A DNA stretch of 64,000 nt, from positions 28,702-92,701 of the forward strand of contig JBHHXN010000004.1 in NCBI GenBank assembly GCA_046757025.1, given 5' to 3'. The number at the start of each line of letters is the position of its first letter. The first letter of the stretch is position 1. Positions 30,012 to 39,552 of the stretch are shown here, one piece after another. Source of the DNA: a bacterium. GTDB lineage: Bacteria > Zhuqueibacterota > Zhuqueibacteria > Oceanimicrobiales > Oceanimicrobiaceae. A program made the translations under genes and the position numbers. The notes beneath the pieces were generated by a model. It was not told the origin of the DNA, searched no databases, and was given only the letters and a program-made list of their open reading frames with translations.

Positions 30012-31007
30012 TTACCATTTTCTAAGAAAAATATTACCCTCTTCAGTGAAGGCGATAATTCGCACCCGCCCTTCACCCAACCGATCATCTAAACGCTCGC
30101 CGTCTTCCCCGCGTCGGTTTATCTCCACAGGAAAGTCAGTGCGAATGCGGCCTTCCGTGGTTTCCACTCGAAAATCGGCTTCGATATCGGCAGGCAGATA
30201 AATCTCGATATCTCCTTCATCCGTGCGAAATTTGCAGCGTCCTTTTTTGTAAATCTCCACCTCGGCTTCGATATCACCCTCATCGGTTTCCACGTCCAGC
30301 AGTTTGGCTTTCAAGCCTTTTAAAATAAAATCGCCCTCATCGCTGCTGAGTCCGCATTCTTCCAGCTCGCAATTGTACAAACGCACCGCTCCTTCATCGA
30401 TATTTGCATAAAAGGTGGTGTTTTTCCCGCCAAGGTCTTCCGCCTTCAAATGGCCCTCATCGAGTTCGATGTTCAAACGGATGGCGGTTAACTTTTTTAA
30501 ATCGATGTTGCCTTCATCCACTTTAATACGCGCGCTTCCGGAGAGGCCTTTAACCTCCACATCCCCTTCGTCGTTTTCAATTTTCAGATTCACTTGCCGG
30601 GGCAGAGTGAGTTTGTAGTCGATCTGATACTCTCCCCTGCGCCGCCGGCGGTGGTCATCAAAAATATCCCAGAAACTGCCGCCGTGATCGTGGTAATAAT
30701 CGATTTCTCGAATATAGAGACGTGTGTCTGAATGCTCGATTTCGATTTCCAGTTCGTTCATCAGCTCTTCTGCGAGCTCTTCATTGCGGTGCCAGACCTT
30801 TTTGGTGATTTTTAAAAAGGCCTCGTTTTTATCCCAGGAATCAACCACAATCGTACCTTCGTCGCCGATGATGGTCACGGAGCTGTTTAATTTCAGTTTA
30901 AAAGTCTTTTCTTCAACTTTTTTAATTTCTTTGCTGACCCCCGACTCAAACCCTAGTAGAGTACAAACCGCCATCAGAATGAATATTTTAGATTTCATTT
31001 TTTGCAC
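30012..31007 (-). CDS. DUF4097 family beta-strand repeat protein
   Basis: Signal peptide; repeated DEG(D/N)(I/V) motifs. Confidence 0.8.
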   Translation of the reverse strand: MQKMKSKIFILMAVCTLLGFESGVSKEIKKVEEKTFKLKLNSSVTIIGDEGTIVVDSWDKNEAFLKITKKVWHRNEELAEELMNELEIEIEHSDTRLYIREIDYYHDHGGSFWDIFDDHRRRRRGEYQIDYKLTLPRQVNLKIENDEGDVEVKGLSGSARIKVDEGNIDLKKLTAIRLNIELDEGHLKAEDLGGKNTTFYANIDEGAVRLYNCELEECGLSSDEGDFILKGLKAKLLDVETDEGDIEAEVEIYKKGRCKFRTDEGDIEIYLPADIEADFRVETTEGRIRTDFPVEINRRGEDGERLDDRLGEGRVRIIAFTEEGNIFLRKW

Positions 31008-31151
31008 CCTCTTTTTAACTGAGTAGTTTTCCCATTAAAATTTTTATCTGTCTAATAAATCAATTCACGTTATTTCTGCAAGGTTTGCTTTACAAAACAC
31101 AGCAAGCAGAAATCAAATGCCAGTTTATGGCAGGCCTCGGTGATTCACCAT

Positions 31152-32015
31152 TTAGTAGCCGATTTTTAGCTCACCCAGGCCAGGGCTAATGTGCAGCTCC
31201 AGTTCATGGTTGGTATGGTCATAATTTTGGCTGAAATAATATCGTCCGGATTTTGTGAATCGCTTCGGAACCCGAAAATCAGACAAAAATAGAAATTTGG
31301 ACACGGCCATTTTAATACCCACCTCTCGGGGCAAAACTATATCGGTTTCACCGATGTCCAGATCTACTTTTGCCACAGCTTCATACAAAAGTTGTCCGCG
31401 AAAATCGACCTGCAGCTCGCCGATGCCGCCGTTGATTTCCGCCCTTTTAAAACGGGCATTTCCCAATTTATCGATATGGGTTTCGCCGATCTTGGTATTG
31501 ATTCTCAAATAGTCCATTCGGGTTTTATTGGGCTCCGAGAAGTCCACAGACACTTCTCCAGCCCAAGTGGTCAAATCCAGCCCGGCAAGCGCCAGACCCC
31601 CAAAATCGATATCGACTTCACCGGCTTTCACATTGGCTTCCAGGTCGATTTCCACGCCCGCCGGCAGCTCGATTATGGCCTCGGCTTTCACATCGTCGTC
31701 ATCCGAGTGCACCCACTTTTTACGCTCGAATTCGATGTCCAGACGCGAATGCCGTTCATCGAAATCAGATGATACTCGGACGTTGAACATGTCTACCACG
31801 TAATAAATGGTCACCCTCGCTTCCCGACGCCGGGGCGAAGCTTCCATTCTCACTTCAGCCGCGTCGATATCAATATTAACCTCCAGGAGCTGGTTGGCGG
31901 GAACGTCGAAGCGTTTTTTAAATCGTTTAACTTGATAGTATTGGGCCAATCCGGATTCAAATGCCAGACACATCAGGCAAATGAAAACGGAGGCTGCTAA
32001 CGGTTTGTGATTCAT
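31152..32015 (-). CDS. Secreted beta-repeat protein (toast-rack / LiaF-C-like)
   Basis: Signal peptide after ATG 32015 with GGAGA RBS; repeats of G(A/I)GE-x-x-(V/I)D. Confidence 0.65.
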   Translation of the reverse strand: MNHKPLAASVFICLMCLAFESGLAQYYQVKRFKKRFDVPANQLLEVNIDIDAAEVRMEASPRRREARVTIYYVVDMFNVRVSSDFDERHSRLDIEFERKKWVHSDDDDVKAEAIIELPAGVEIDLEANVKAGEVDIDFGGLALAGLDLTTWAGEVSVDFSEPNKTRMDYLRINTKIGETHIDKLGNARFKRAEINGGIGELQVDFRGQLLYEAVAKVDLDIGETDIVLPREVGIKMAVSKFLFLSDFRVPKRFTKSGRYYFSQNYDHTNHELELHISPGLGELKIGY

Positions 32016-32051
32016 GTTAGATTCTCCTATCTGGTCGTTTTGGGGATTATT

Positions 32052-32164
32052 TAGTCCATCCGTAATCGTTGCCGTTATCGGGAATCTCGTGCCTAATTGA
32101 CCAATGGATTCCTTCTTAACAATTGCAGGAATGACAAGTAAAGGCCGTTTTCGGTCAATCACTA
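32052..32164. repeat. TIR-bounded REP element with mismatched ends
   Basis: Right end TTTTCGGTCAATCACTA (32148-32164) is identical to the 10352 element TIR; internal GGATTCC..GGAATGAC. Confidence 0.65.
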
Positions 32165-32297
32165 TTTATTTGGCATTTACTTAATATCACATCGAAACTT
32201 GTGGTATTTGTTTTGGATAAATGTCTGTCATTATTCAAAATCGTGGGTGAGGAAAAAAGATTGTGCAACAATTCAGTCTAAGAATTGCATCTCAAAG

Positions 32298-33272
32298 TTA
32301 TGCCACTTCTTTACGCAGTCGTTCAAGCAAATGTTTCATGTCGGCAGGCAATTCCGAATCGAACTGCATAAGCTGGTTTTTGATGGGATGGGTGAAAGCC
32401 AAAGTTTTCGCATGCAGCGCTTGGCGATCCAGACAGTCCAACAACTCGATGGCATATAGTCGGTCTTGATTCGAAAGTGCGCCCAGTTGTCTGTTTCTCC
32501 CGCCGTAAGTGTGATCGCCAAATACCGGGTGACCTAAAAAGGTAAGGTGCACTCGGATCTGGTGCGTACGGCCGGTTTCGAGTTTGAGCTGAACCGCGGA
32601 TAAAAGTCGAAAAGTCTGCATCACTTCATAATTGGTGACTGCCACTTTGCCCTGGGGCTGCACCGTCATGCGCATGCGGTCTTTGGGGCTTCTGGCGATG
32701 AAGGTAGATATTTTATCTTTTCGCTTTTTAAATCTGCCCCAGGCAAGGGCGAAATATTCTCGGGTGGCGCGTTTTTCGGCAAACTGCCACGACAGGTGGC
32801 GATGAGTGATATCATCCTTCGCTACCACCATGAGCCCCGAGGTGTCTTTGTCCAGCCGATGTACAATCCCCGGACGCTGTTTGCCGCCGATGTTGGAGAG
32901 GTTGCCACAATGGTGCAGCAGCGCATTGACCAGGGTGCCGGTGTAATTGGCAAAAGCCGGATGCACTACCATACCGGCTTCTTTGTTCAGCACGATGAGA
33001 TGGTTATCTTCGTAGAGAATGTTCAGCGGGATGTTTTCAGGAAGGATATCGATTTTTTGCGGTTTGGGGACGCAAACCACGATTTTTTCATCCGGCGCTA
33101 CCTGATGACTGGCCCGGGCCGGCACGCCGTTCACCAGAACTTTGCCTTCTTCGATCACTTTCTGCAGTCGTGCCCGCGAAACCGACCCGATCAGGCGGGT
33201 TAAGTATTTATCAAGACGCTCTTTGTCCTTGTTGGGAGGAATAACGAATTCGAAAAATTCATCCTCTTGCAT
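32298..33272 (-). CDS. rluD: RluA family 23S rRNA pseudouridine synthase
   Basis: S4 domain; GIVHRLDKDTSG, LETGRTHQIRVH, RQALHA. Confidence 0.93.
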   Translation of the reverse strand: MQEDEFFEFVIPPNKDKERLDKYLTRLIGSVSRARLQKVIEEGKVLVNGVPARASHQVAPDEKIVVCVPKPQKIDILPENIPLNILYEDNHLIVLNKEAGMVVHPAFANYTGTLVNALLHHCGNLSNIGGKQRPGIVHRLDKDTSGLMVVAKDDITHRHLSWQFAEKRATREYFALAWGRFKKRKDKISTFIARSPKDRMRMTVQPQGKVAVTNYEVMQTFRLLSAVQLKLETGRTHQIRVHLTFLGHPVFGDHTYGGRNRQLGALSNQDRLYAIELLDCLDRQALHAKTLAFTHPIKNQLMQFDSELPADMKHLLERLRKEVA

Positions 33273-33317
33273 AAATCAAATTTGAGATGAGATGGTATTT
33301 GGGAAAAACAGTAAATT

Positions 33318-33809
33318 TTATGGGAATGCTTCTTTTTCAGCGGGCTGCTCTTCCTGCTGTTTCTGGCTTTTATCAAACAGGACGAGGGTGACCAATATGA
33401 TCATACCGATGGTGACCGAACTGTCCGCCAGGTTAAAAATGGGCCAGCGCGTATCGTCGAGGCCGATATCCACGAAATCCACAACTTTGCCGTACAAAAA
33501 ACGGTCGATCAAATTCCCGATCGCTCCGCCCAATATCAGGGCTAGCGAAAAACGCAGGGGGCCCTTTTCCTCCCGGGCTTTTACGATATAAATAAAAATG
33601 ATGACCGTCGCTACCGCAGCAAAGATGGTGAAAAATTTTTGCCCGCCAAATTGAATTCCAAAAGCCATGCCGGGATTTTCAATGTAGGTCAATCGGACGA
33701 CATCGCCGAATATATCATGTGACGTTCCAAGTTTAAAATAGAACTTTACGGCGAATTTGGAAATTTGGTCTAAAACGACAACGATTAATGATACGATTAA
33801 TATCCGCAA
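33318..33809 (-). CDS. lspA: Signal peptidase II
   Basis: DQISK, NPGMAFG, GGAIGNLIDR, VVDFV, FNLAD. Confidence 0.96.
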   Translation of the reverse strand: MRILIVSLIVVVLDQISKFAVKFYFKLGTSHDIFGDVVRLTYIENPGMAFGIQFGGQKFFTIFAAVATVIIFIYIVKAREEKGPLRFSLALILGGAIGNLIDRFLYGKVVDFVDIGLDDTRWPIFNLADSSVTIGMIILVTLVLFDKSQKQQEEQPAEKEAFP

Positions 33810-33883
33810 AACATACCTTTAAAGTTTACGGCCCTTAAATAAAAATTCATTTCTCAAGCATCGGCAATAATTGCATCCGGTTA

Positions 33884-34270
33884 TTATTTAACCGATTTTT
33901 TATTCTTTTCTTCGTTGGACTTGCAGGTGATGCACAGTCGTGCATGTGGCACGGCTTCTAATCGTTCTTTACCGATGGGATTGCCACATTCATGACACAC
34001 GCCAAACGTTTTTTCTTCAATACGCTCCAGCGCTTGCTCAATATGATAGAGGAATCGACCTTCTTTTGTTGCAAAAAAGAACTTTTTTTCCCTCTCCATA
34101 TTATCGGTGCCGACATCTGCCATGTGGAAAGAGTATGCGGAATTTTCACCGGATGCATCTTTCAAAGTTGCTGACATTTCGCCGTCCTTGAGTTGGCCTA
34201 ATTCCTTGAGTATTTCTTTTCTCTTATCCAAAAGGATATTCTTGAAATAGGCCAGTTCCTCTTTAGTCAT
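33884..34270 (-). CDS. dksA: TraR/DksA C4 zinc finger protein
   Basis: HMADVGTD, CHECG..RLEAVPHARLCITC. Confidence 0.9.
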   Translation of the reverse strand: MTKEELAYFKNILLDKRKEILKELGQLKDGEMSATLKDASGENSAYSFHMADVGTDNMEREKKFFFATKEGRFLYHIEQALERIEEKTFGVCHECGNPIGKERLEAVPHARLCITCKSNEEKNKKSVK

Positions 34271-34344
34271 AGAAACCTCCCATATTATTTATGTATTGCT
34301 CAGACATTAGCTATTGATTAAAATACTTCATTATTATTTAATTT

Positions 34345-37300
34345 TCACGATTTTTTTTCAATCGCAATAAGGGTTTTATTACCATCGATGATCCATTCCT
34401 CGGAGTAGGCGCCTTGTCCGGAATTGGCGGTCAGCTTATCTGCCAGAGTTTCGTTGCAAATGTAAGAAGCACGCGATTCGATAGCCGCATGCAAAATATC
34501 CGAAGTTTTGTAGTATATATTTATACGATCTACCACATCGAATCCCGCATTTTTGCGCATGTTTTGAATCCGGTTGACAAATTCGCGCGCCAATCCTTCG
34601 TTCAGCAGGTCCGGTGTAATCTGCACATCCAGAGCGATGGTCAAGTCGTCTTCTTTCTGCACCACCAACCCTTCTACGTTTTCGGTAGTGATGGCCACGT
34701 CTTCAAGCGCCACGGTAAATTTGCGTCCTTTAATTTCGAACTCTAATTGGCCGTTGGCTTCCAAACGCTCAATTTCTGAACTGCTTAAATCACGAATAGC
34801 CTCTGAAACTTCTTTGACTTCCTTGCCAAATTTCGGTCCTAACTGATTGAATAGCGGCGCGGCTTTTTTTGAAAGCAATGCTTTTTCATCGGACACAAAC
34901 GCAATCTCCTTAACATTCAACTCCTCCAAAACCAGTTTCGTCATGCTGTCAATTTGTTTTTCGACGTTTTTGTCTTTGGCCGCCACAATGATTTTCATCA
35001 GCGGTTGTCGCACCTTGATGCCCGATTCATTTCGCAGGGCACGGCCGAGGAAAACCACTTTGCGCAGCAAATTCATGCGCTGTTCCAGTGCTTCGTCGCG
35101 ATAGGCATGTTCTCTGGAAGCGGCCTGCGGAAAATCGGTTAAATGCACACTCTGCGCTTCGCCATTTTTGCCGGCGGTTAAATTCAAATAGATTTCTTCT
35201 GAAATAAAAGGCGTGAACGGCGCCATCAATTTCGTCAGACAAAACAACACTTCATACAGCGTCTGGTACGCGGCCAATTTGTCTTCCCCCAGATCCGATT
35301 TCCAGAATCGCCGGCGGCAGCGCCGGACATACCAGTTAGAAACATCGTCGATGACGAATTCCGAGATCAGACGGGCGGATTTCGTGAGGTCGTAACGCTG
35401 TAATAGCGCATTCACCTGCTCCACCAGACCGTTCAACCTACTCAAGAGCCAGCGGTCGATCTCTGAGCGCTTTTCAACCGCAATGATTTCGCGCTCGTAG
35501 GCAAATTTGTCGATGTTGGCGTACATGGCAAAGAATGAATACACATTCACCAGCGTACCCAGAAATTTTCTGAGCACTTCGCGGACTCCTTCGGTGTCAA
35601 AGCGGGTGGGCACCCAGGGCGGGCTGACTGTCAGCAAGTACCAGCGCAATGCATCGGCGCCAAATTCATCCAAAATGAGCTTGGGATCCACGGTGTTGCC
35701 CTTGCTCTTCGACATTTTTTGCCCATTTTTGTCTAAAATCAAATCGTGCGAAATGCACATCTTGTAACAGGGCTGGTCAAACAACATGGCGGCAATGGCC
35801 AGCAAAGAATAAAACCAACCGCGGGTTTGATCCACGCCTTCAGAAATAAAATCCGCTGGAAAGCTGTTTTTGAATATTTCCTGATTTTCAAAGGGATAGT
35901 GCCATTGTGCTACCGGCATACTGCCGGAATCGAACCAGACGTCGATGACTTCCGGTGTGCGTTCCATGGCTGCCTGACATTTCGGACAGGTGATTTCCAC
36001 GCTATCGATATGCGGCTTGTGGAGATCGATATCTTCCCGCAAGCCCGATAGTTTTTTCAGCTCCGCCACACTGCCGATACAGAGCGCATGTTCGCATTCC
36101 GTACACAGCCAGATGGGCAGGGGTGTGCCCCAGTAGCGATCCCGGGAGAGCGACCAATCGACATTGTTCTGCAGCCATTCACCAAAACGGCCTTTCCCCA
36201 CTTCTTTCGGATACCAGCTAATTTTCTGATTGTTTTTGAGCAACCGGTCTTTCATGGAAGTCGTGCGCAGAAACCAAGATTTTTTAGCATAGTACAGCAG
36301 CGGTGAATGGCAACGCCAGCAATGTGGATAACTGTGCGAATAAACTTCTTCGAGAAACAACAGCCCGCGGTCTTTTAAATCGGCGATGATTTCGGGATCT
36401 GCTGATTTCACAAATTTTTGGGCAAATTGCGTGACTTCCGCGGTAAACTTTCCGCTTTTGTCTACCGGCTGCAGCACCGGCAGGTCGTGCTTTAAGCCCA
36501 CCTGGTAATCGTCCTCGCCAAAAGCCGGCGCGATGTGCACGATGCCGGTACCTTCTTCGGTGGAAACGAAGTCACCGGCGACGGTGTAGTGCAGTTTTCT
36601 GTCGGTGGCGCAAAAATGATACAGGGGCTGATAATTTATTCCGAGCAATTCCTTCCCCGAATAATGTTGCACGATTTCATAAGAATCCTTTAAGAATTCC
36701 AGCCTTGCTTCTGCCAGAATCAAAAACTCATCACCGAATTTGACTTTCACATATTTAATCTCAGGATGAAACGCCAAAGCCACATTGGAAATCAGCGTCC
36801 AGGGGGTGGTGGTCCACACCAGAAAGGAGGTGTTTGCTTCATCCCGCAACCGCATGCGCACATACACCGATGGGTCCTCTGCCATCTGATAGCCCTGCGA
36901 AACTTCGTGGCTAGAAAGAGGGGTTTCACAGCGGGGACAGTAAGGCAAAATTTTGTGGCCCTGGTAAATGAGCTGCTTTTTCCAGAATTCACTTAAAATC
37001 CACCAGACGGATTCGATGTAATTGTTTTCGTAGGTAATATACGGGTGCTCCAGATCCACCCAGAAACCGATCCGACGCGTGTGCTCATCCCAATCGGCTT
37101 TGTATCGCCAGACACTCTGCTTGCATTTCTCGTTGAACTTCTCTATTCCGTAAGCGTCGATTTCTTCTTTGCTGGTAAATCCGAGCTCTTTTTCCACTTC
37201 GATCTCCACCGGCAGTCCGTGGGTGTCCCAGCCGGCCTTGCGCTCAACTCGGTAACCTTGCATGGTTTTGAGCCGGCAGACAAAATCCTTGATGGTGCGC

Positions 37301-37482
37301 GAAATAACGTGGTGAATTCCGGGCCGGCCGTTTGCGGTGGGCGGGCCTTCGTAAAATACGAAAGGCTTGCGCGGATCGCGATTTTCAACGCTTTTCTTGA
37401 AAATCTGATTTTCTTCCCAGTAGTTGAGAATTTCTTTCTCGAGATCCGGAAATTGCAGTTGTGTTGGCAATTCTTTGAACAT
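34345..37482 (-). CDS. ileS: Isoleucine--tRNA ligase (type 2)
   Basis: EGPPTANG, GWDTHGLP, WTTTPWTL, DQTRGWF, KMSKS. Confidence 0.98.
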   Translation of the reverse strand: MFKELPTQLQFPDLEKEILNYWEENQIFKKSVENRDPRKPFVFYEGPPTANGRPGIHHVISRTIKDFVCRLKTMQGYRVERKAGWDTHGLPVEIEVEKELGFTSKEEIDAYGIEKFNEKCKQSVWRYKADWDEHTRRIGFWVDLEHPYITYENNYIESVWWILSEFWKKQLIYQGHKILPYCPRCETPLSSHEVSQGYQMAEDPSVYVRMRLRDEANTSFLVWTTTPWTLISNVALAFHPEIKYVKVKFGDEFLILAEARLEFLKDSYEIVQHYSGKELLGINYQPLYHFCATDRKLHYTVAGDFVSTEEGTGIVHIAPAFGEDDYQVGLKHDLPVLQPVDKSGKFTAEVTQFAQKFVKSADPEIIADLKDRGLLFLEEVYSHSYPHCWRCHSPLLYYAKKSWFLRTTSMKDRLLKNNQKISWYPKEVGKGRFGEWLQNNVDWSLSRDRYWGTPLPIWLCTECEHALCIGSVAELKKLSGLREDIDLHKPHIDSVEITCPKCQAAMERTPEVIDVWFDSGSMPVAQWHYPFENQEIFKNSFPADFISEGVDQTRGWFYSLLAIAAMLFDQPCYKMCISHDLILDKNGQKMSKSKGNTVDPKLILDEFGADALRWYLLTVSPPWVPTRFDTEGVREVLRKFLGTLVNVYSFFAMYANIDKFAYEREIIAVEKRSEIDRWLLSRLNGLVEQVNALLQRYDLTKSARLISEFVIDDVSNWYVRRCRRRFWKSDLGEDKLAAYQTLYEVLFCLTKLMAPFTPFISEEIYLNLTAGKNGEAQSVHLTDFPQAASREHAYRDEALEQRMNLLRKVVFLGRALRNESGIKVRQPLMKIIVAAKDKNVEKQIDSMTKLVLEELNVKEIAFVSDEKALLSKKAAPLFNQLGPKFGKEVKEVSEAIRDLSSSEIERLEANGQLEFEIKGRKFTVALEDVAITTENVEGLVVQKEDDLTIALDVQITPDLLNEGLAREFVNRIQNMRKNAGFDVVDRINIYYKTSDILHAAIESRASYICNETLADKLTANSGQGAYSEEWIIDGNKTLIAIEKKS

Positions 37483-37539
37483 GCGTTCGATTACCTATTC
37501 AGACTATCTGTTCCTGCATAATTGAATTGCGACATCTGT

Positions 37540-38361
37540 TTAAATTTGTTCGACCACCCGCTTCATGAGCAAAGTTAATTTGGGCTCGGCCGCGGCCGCG
37601 GTTTTCAAAATTTCCTGAATGTTCACCGGCTTTAAAGCGTCCGGAAAACAGGCATCCGTGACCACCGACAAGCCCAGAACGCGCATGGAGCTGTGCACCG
37701 CTACGATCACTTCGGGAATGGTGGACATGCCCACCACATCCGCGCCTATGGACCGCAAAAAGCGATACTCCGCACGGGTCTCCAAATTCGGACCGCTCAC
37801 TGCAACGTAAACGCCCTTTTGCACTTTGATACGCTCCGCAAGAGCTATGTTTTCTGCCAACTGAATCAACTCCAGGCTGTACGGTTCCGACATATCCGGA
37901 AATCTCGGCCCCAGTGAATCGTCATTCACTCCGATGAGAGGATTGTCCCCAAACAGGTTAATATGATCGGTAATGATCATGATATCGCCCGGCGTAAACA
38001 ACGGATTCATACCGCCGCAGGCATTGGAGACCAGCAGCGTATGGGCGCCCAAATTTTTCATTACGCGCACGGGAAAGGTGATTTGCTTCATCGAGTAGCC
38101 TTCATAATAATGGAAGCGGCCCTGCATGGCTATCACCGATTTGCGGCCGATTTTTCCAAATATCAATCGCCCGGCATGGCTTTCCACCGTGGAAACTGGA
38201 AAATGCGGAATTTGATCATACGAAATCGTGGTTTCCTGTTCGATTTCCTTCGCCAGTGCACCCAACCCCGTTCCCAAAATGATGCCCACTTCGGGCTCAA
38301 CCGGAGTTGCCTTTTTGATAAAATCGCTGGCCTCTTTAATTTTCGCTTTTAATTCTTGCAT
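37540..38361 (-). CDS. punA: Purine-nucleoside phosphorylase
   Basis: ILGTGLG, GRFHYYEG, GPNLETRAE, VGMST. Confidence 0.95.
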   Translation of the reverse strand: MQELKAKIKEASDFIKKATPVEPEVGIILGTGLGALAKEIEQETTISYDQIPHFPVSTVESHAGRLIFGKIGRKSVIAMQGRFHYYEGYSMKQITFPVRVMKNLGAHTLLVSNACGGMNPLFTPGDIMIITDHINLFGDNPLIGVNDDSLGPRFPDMSEPYSLELIQLAENIALAERIKVQKGVYVAVSGPNLETRAEYRFLRSIGADVVGMSTIPEVIVAVHSSMRVLGLSVVTDACFPDALKPVNIQEILKTAAAAEPKLTLLMKRVVEQI

Positions 38362-38504
38362 CCTACCTCCCGAATCCGTGTATTTGATTTAAGTCTGTTT
38401 TTGCGAAATCCGACTTTCTGCAAATAATCACTCACGGTGCTTCTGCGGGGTGTACTCATATTTCCCCTTTTGTTCTTCTATTTCTTCCATTCAAAACTTT
38501 GAAA

Positions 38505-39230
38505 TTAAAAAATCAAACGGTCAGAAATGCGAGACTTTTGGGGCGGGTCGTGCTCCGCATCTTCGTCTTTTTTTTCATCCGGTTTTTGGGTCTGCTGCGG
38601 CCAATTGGCGAGCTCTTTCTCCTCGGCTGCCTCTGCCTCCAGGGAACTCACCTTTTCATTTGCTGTCGACGCATCATCGGGTAGCATGTCATCGATGCCT
38701 TCAAATTCGATATCGGCCTCTGGCTTTTCAGAGACGACTCTCGGAGATTCCGGTTTATTCTCCATTTTTTTGTACCCAAGATCATCCATCTCCAGGACTT
38801 CCATGAGCTCAAGCTGAGATTCTAACAGGTGTTTCAGCCGGCGGGCAAACGATTCTTTCTGTGCCTTGAGCAGCACGATGTCATTTTTCAATTCTGCCAA
38901 CTGCAGTTTCGTTTCCTGCAAGAGGTTCTCCGCTTTTATTTCAGCCTCGTGAATGATGGTTTCTGCTTCACGGGCGGAATTTTCACGTGAATCACTGATG
39001 GTTTGCTGCGCCGTAACCAGCGTTTCTTGCAGGGTTTTTTCCACATCTTTATAATCGTGCAGTTGTGTTTTAAGCTGCAAAACTTCGTCGGCCAGGTGGT
39101 TTTTTTCCCGTATCAAATTTTCATATTCTTCAGCCACCATTTCGAGAAACGTTTCGACTTCGATGGGATCAAACCCGCGAATTGTTTTTTTAAATTCCTG
39201 CTTTTTAATGTCTAAAGGTGTTAATTTCAA
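38505..39230 (-). CDS. divIVA: DivIVA domain-containing protein
   Basis: KLTPLDIKKQEF..RGFDPIEVETFL followed by coiled coil; probable TTG start at 39230 after GGAGGTG. Confidence 0.88.
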   Translation of the reverse strand: MKLTPLDIKKQEFKKTIRGFDPIEVETFLEMVAEEYENLIREKNHLADEVLQLKTQLHDYKDVEKTLQETLVTAQQTISDSRENSAREAETIIHEAEIKAENLLQETKLQLAELKNDIVLLKAQKESFARRLKHLLESQLELMEVLEMDDLGYKKMENKPESPRVVSEKPEADIEFEGIDDMLPDDASTANEKVSSLEAEAAEEKELANWPQQTQKPDEKKDEDAEHDPPQKSRISDRLIF

Positions 39231-39552
39231 ATTGCCCACCTCCATTTAAGTTGACAAATAATCTATTTTATGATTTGCACCTGACCCCGCGACCCATCAA
39301 ATTGTGCATTCGGATTTTGGATTCGCCCGTGTTTAATTGGGTTCAAAAAAAATAAGTGTTTAATATAATCCTTTACTATTTAAAAATCAACAGAAAATTG
39401 AACGGGTACACACGAATATTTGAATCCGCAGAACCCCAAAAGTCCGGTTGGCAGCTTCTTTGATGACAGGGGAATAAGAGAAGATAAAAATGATTCTCGC
39501 GGTAGTTACGAAAAGACCAAGGCCGCCATTTCAGGAATCCGTTTCCTGAATC

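Noticed and set aside
32016..32162. N-terminal extension of ORF 31152..32162 (likewise 60307-60387)
   Set aside because: The extensions start within repeat elements; downstream ATGs give proper signal peptides.
38390..38490. Short minus-strand ORFs between divIVA and punA (e.g. MSTPRRSTVSDYLQKVGFRKKQT)
   Set aside because: Only 20-23 codons with no recognisable motif; cannot be supported from sequence alone.
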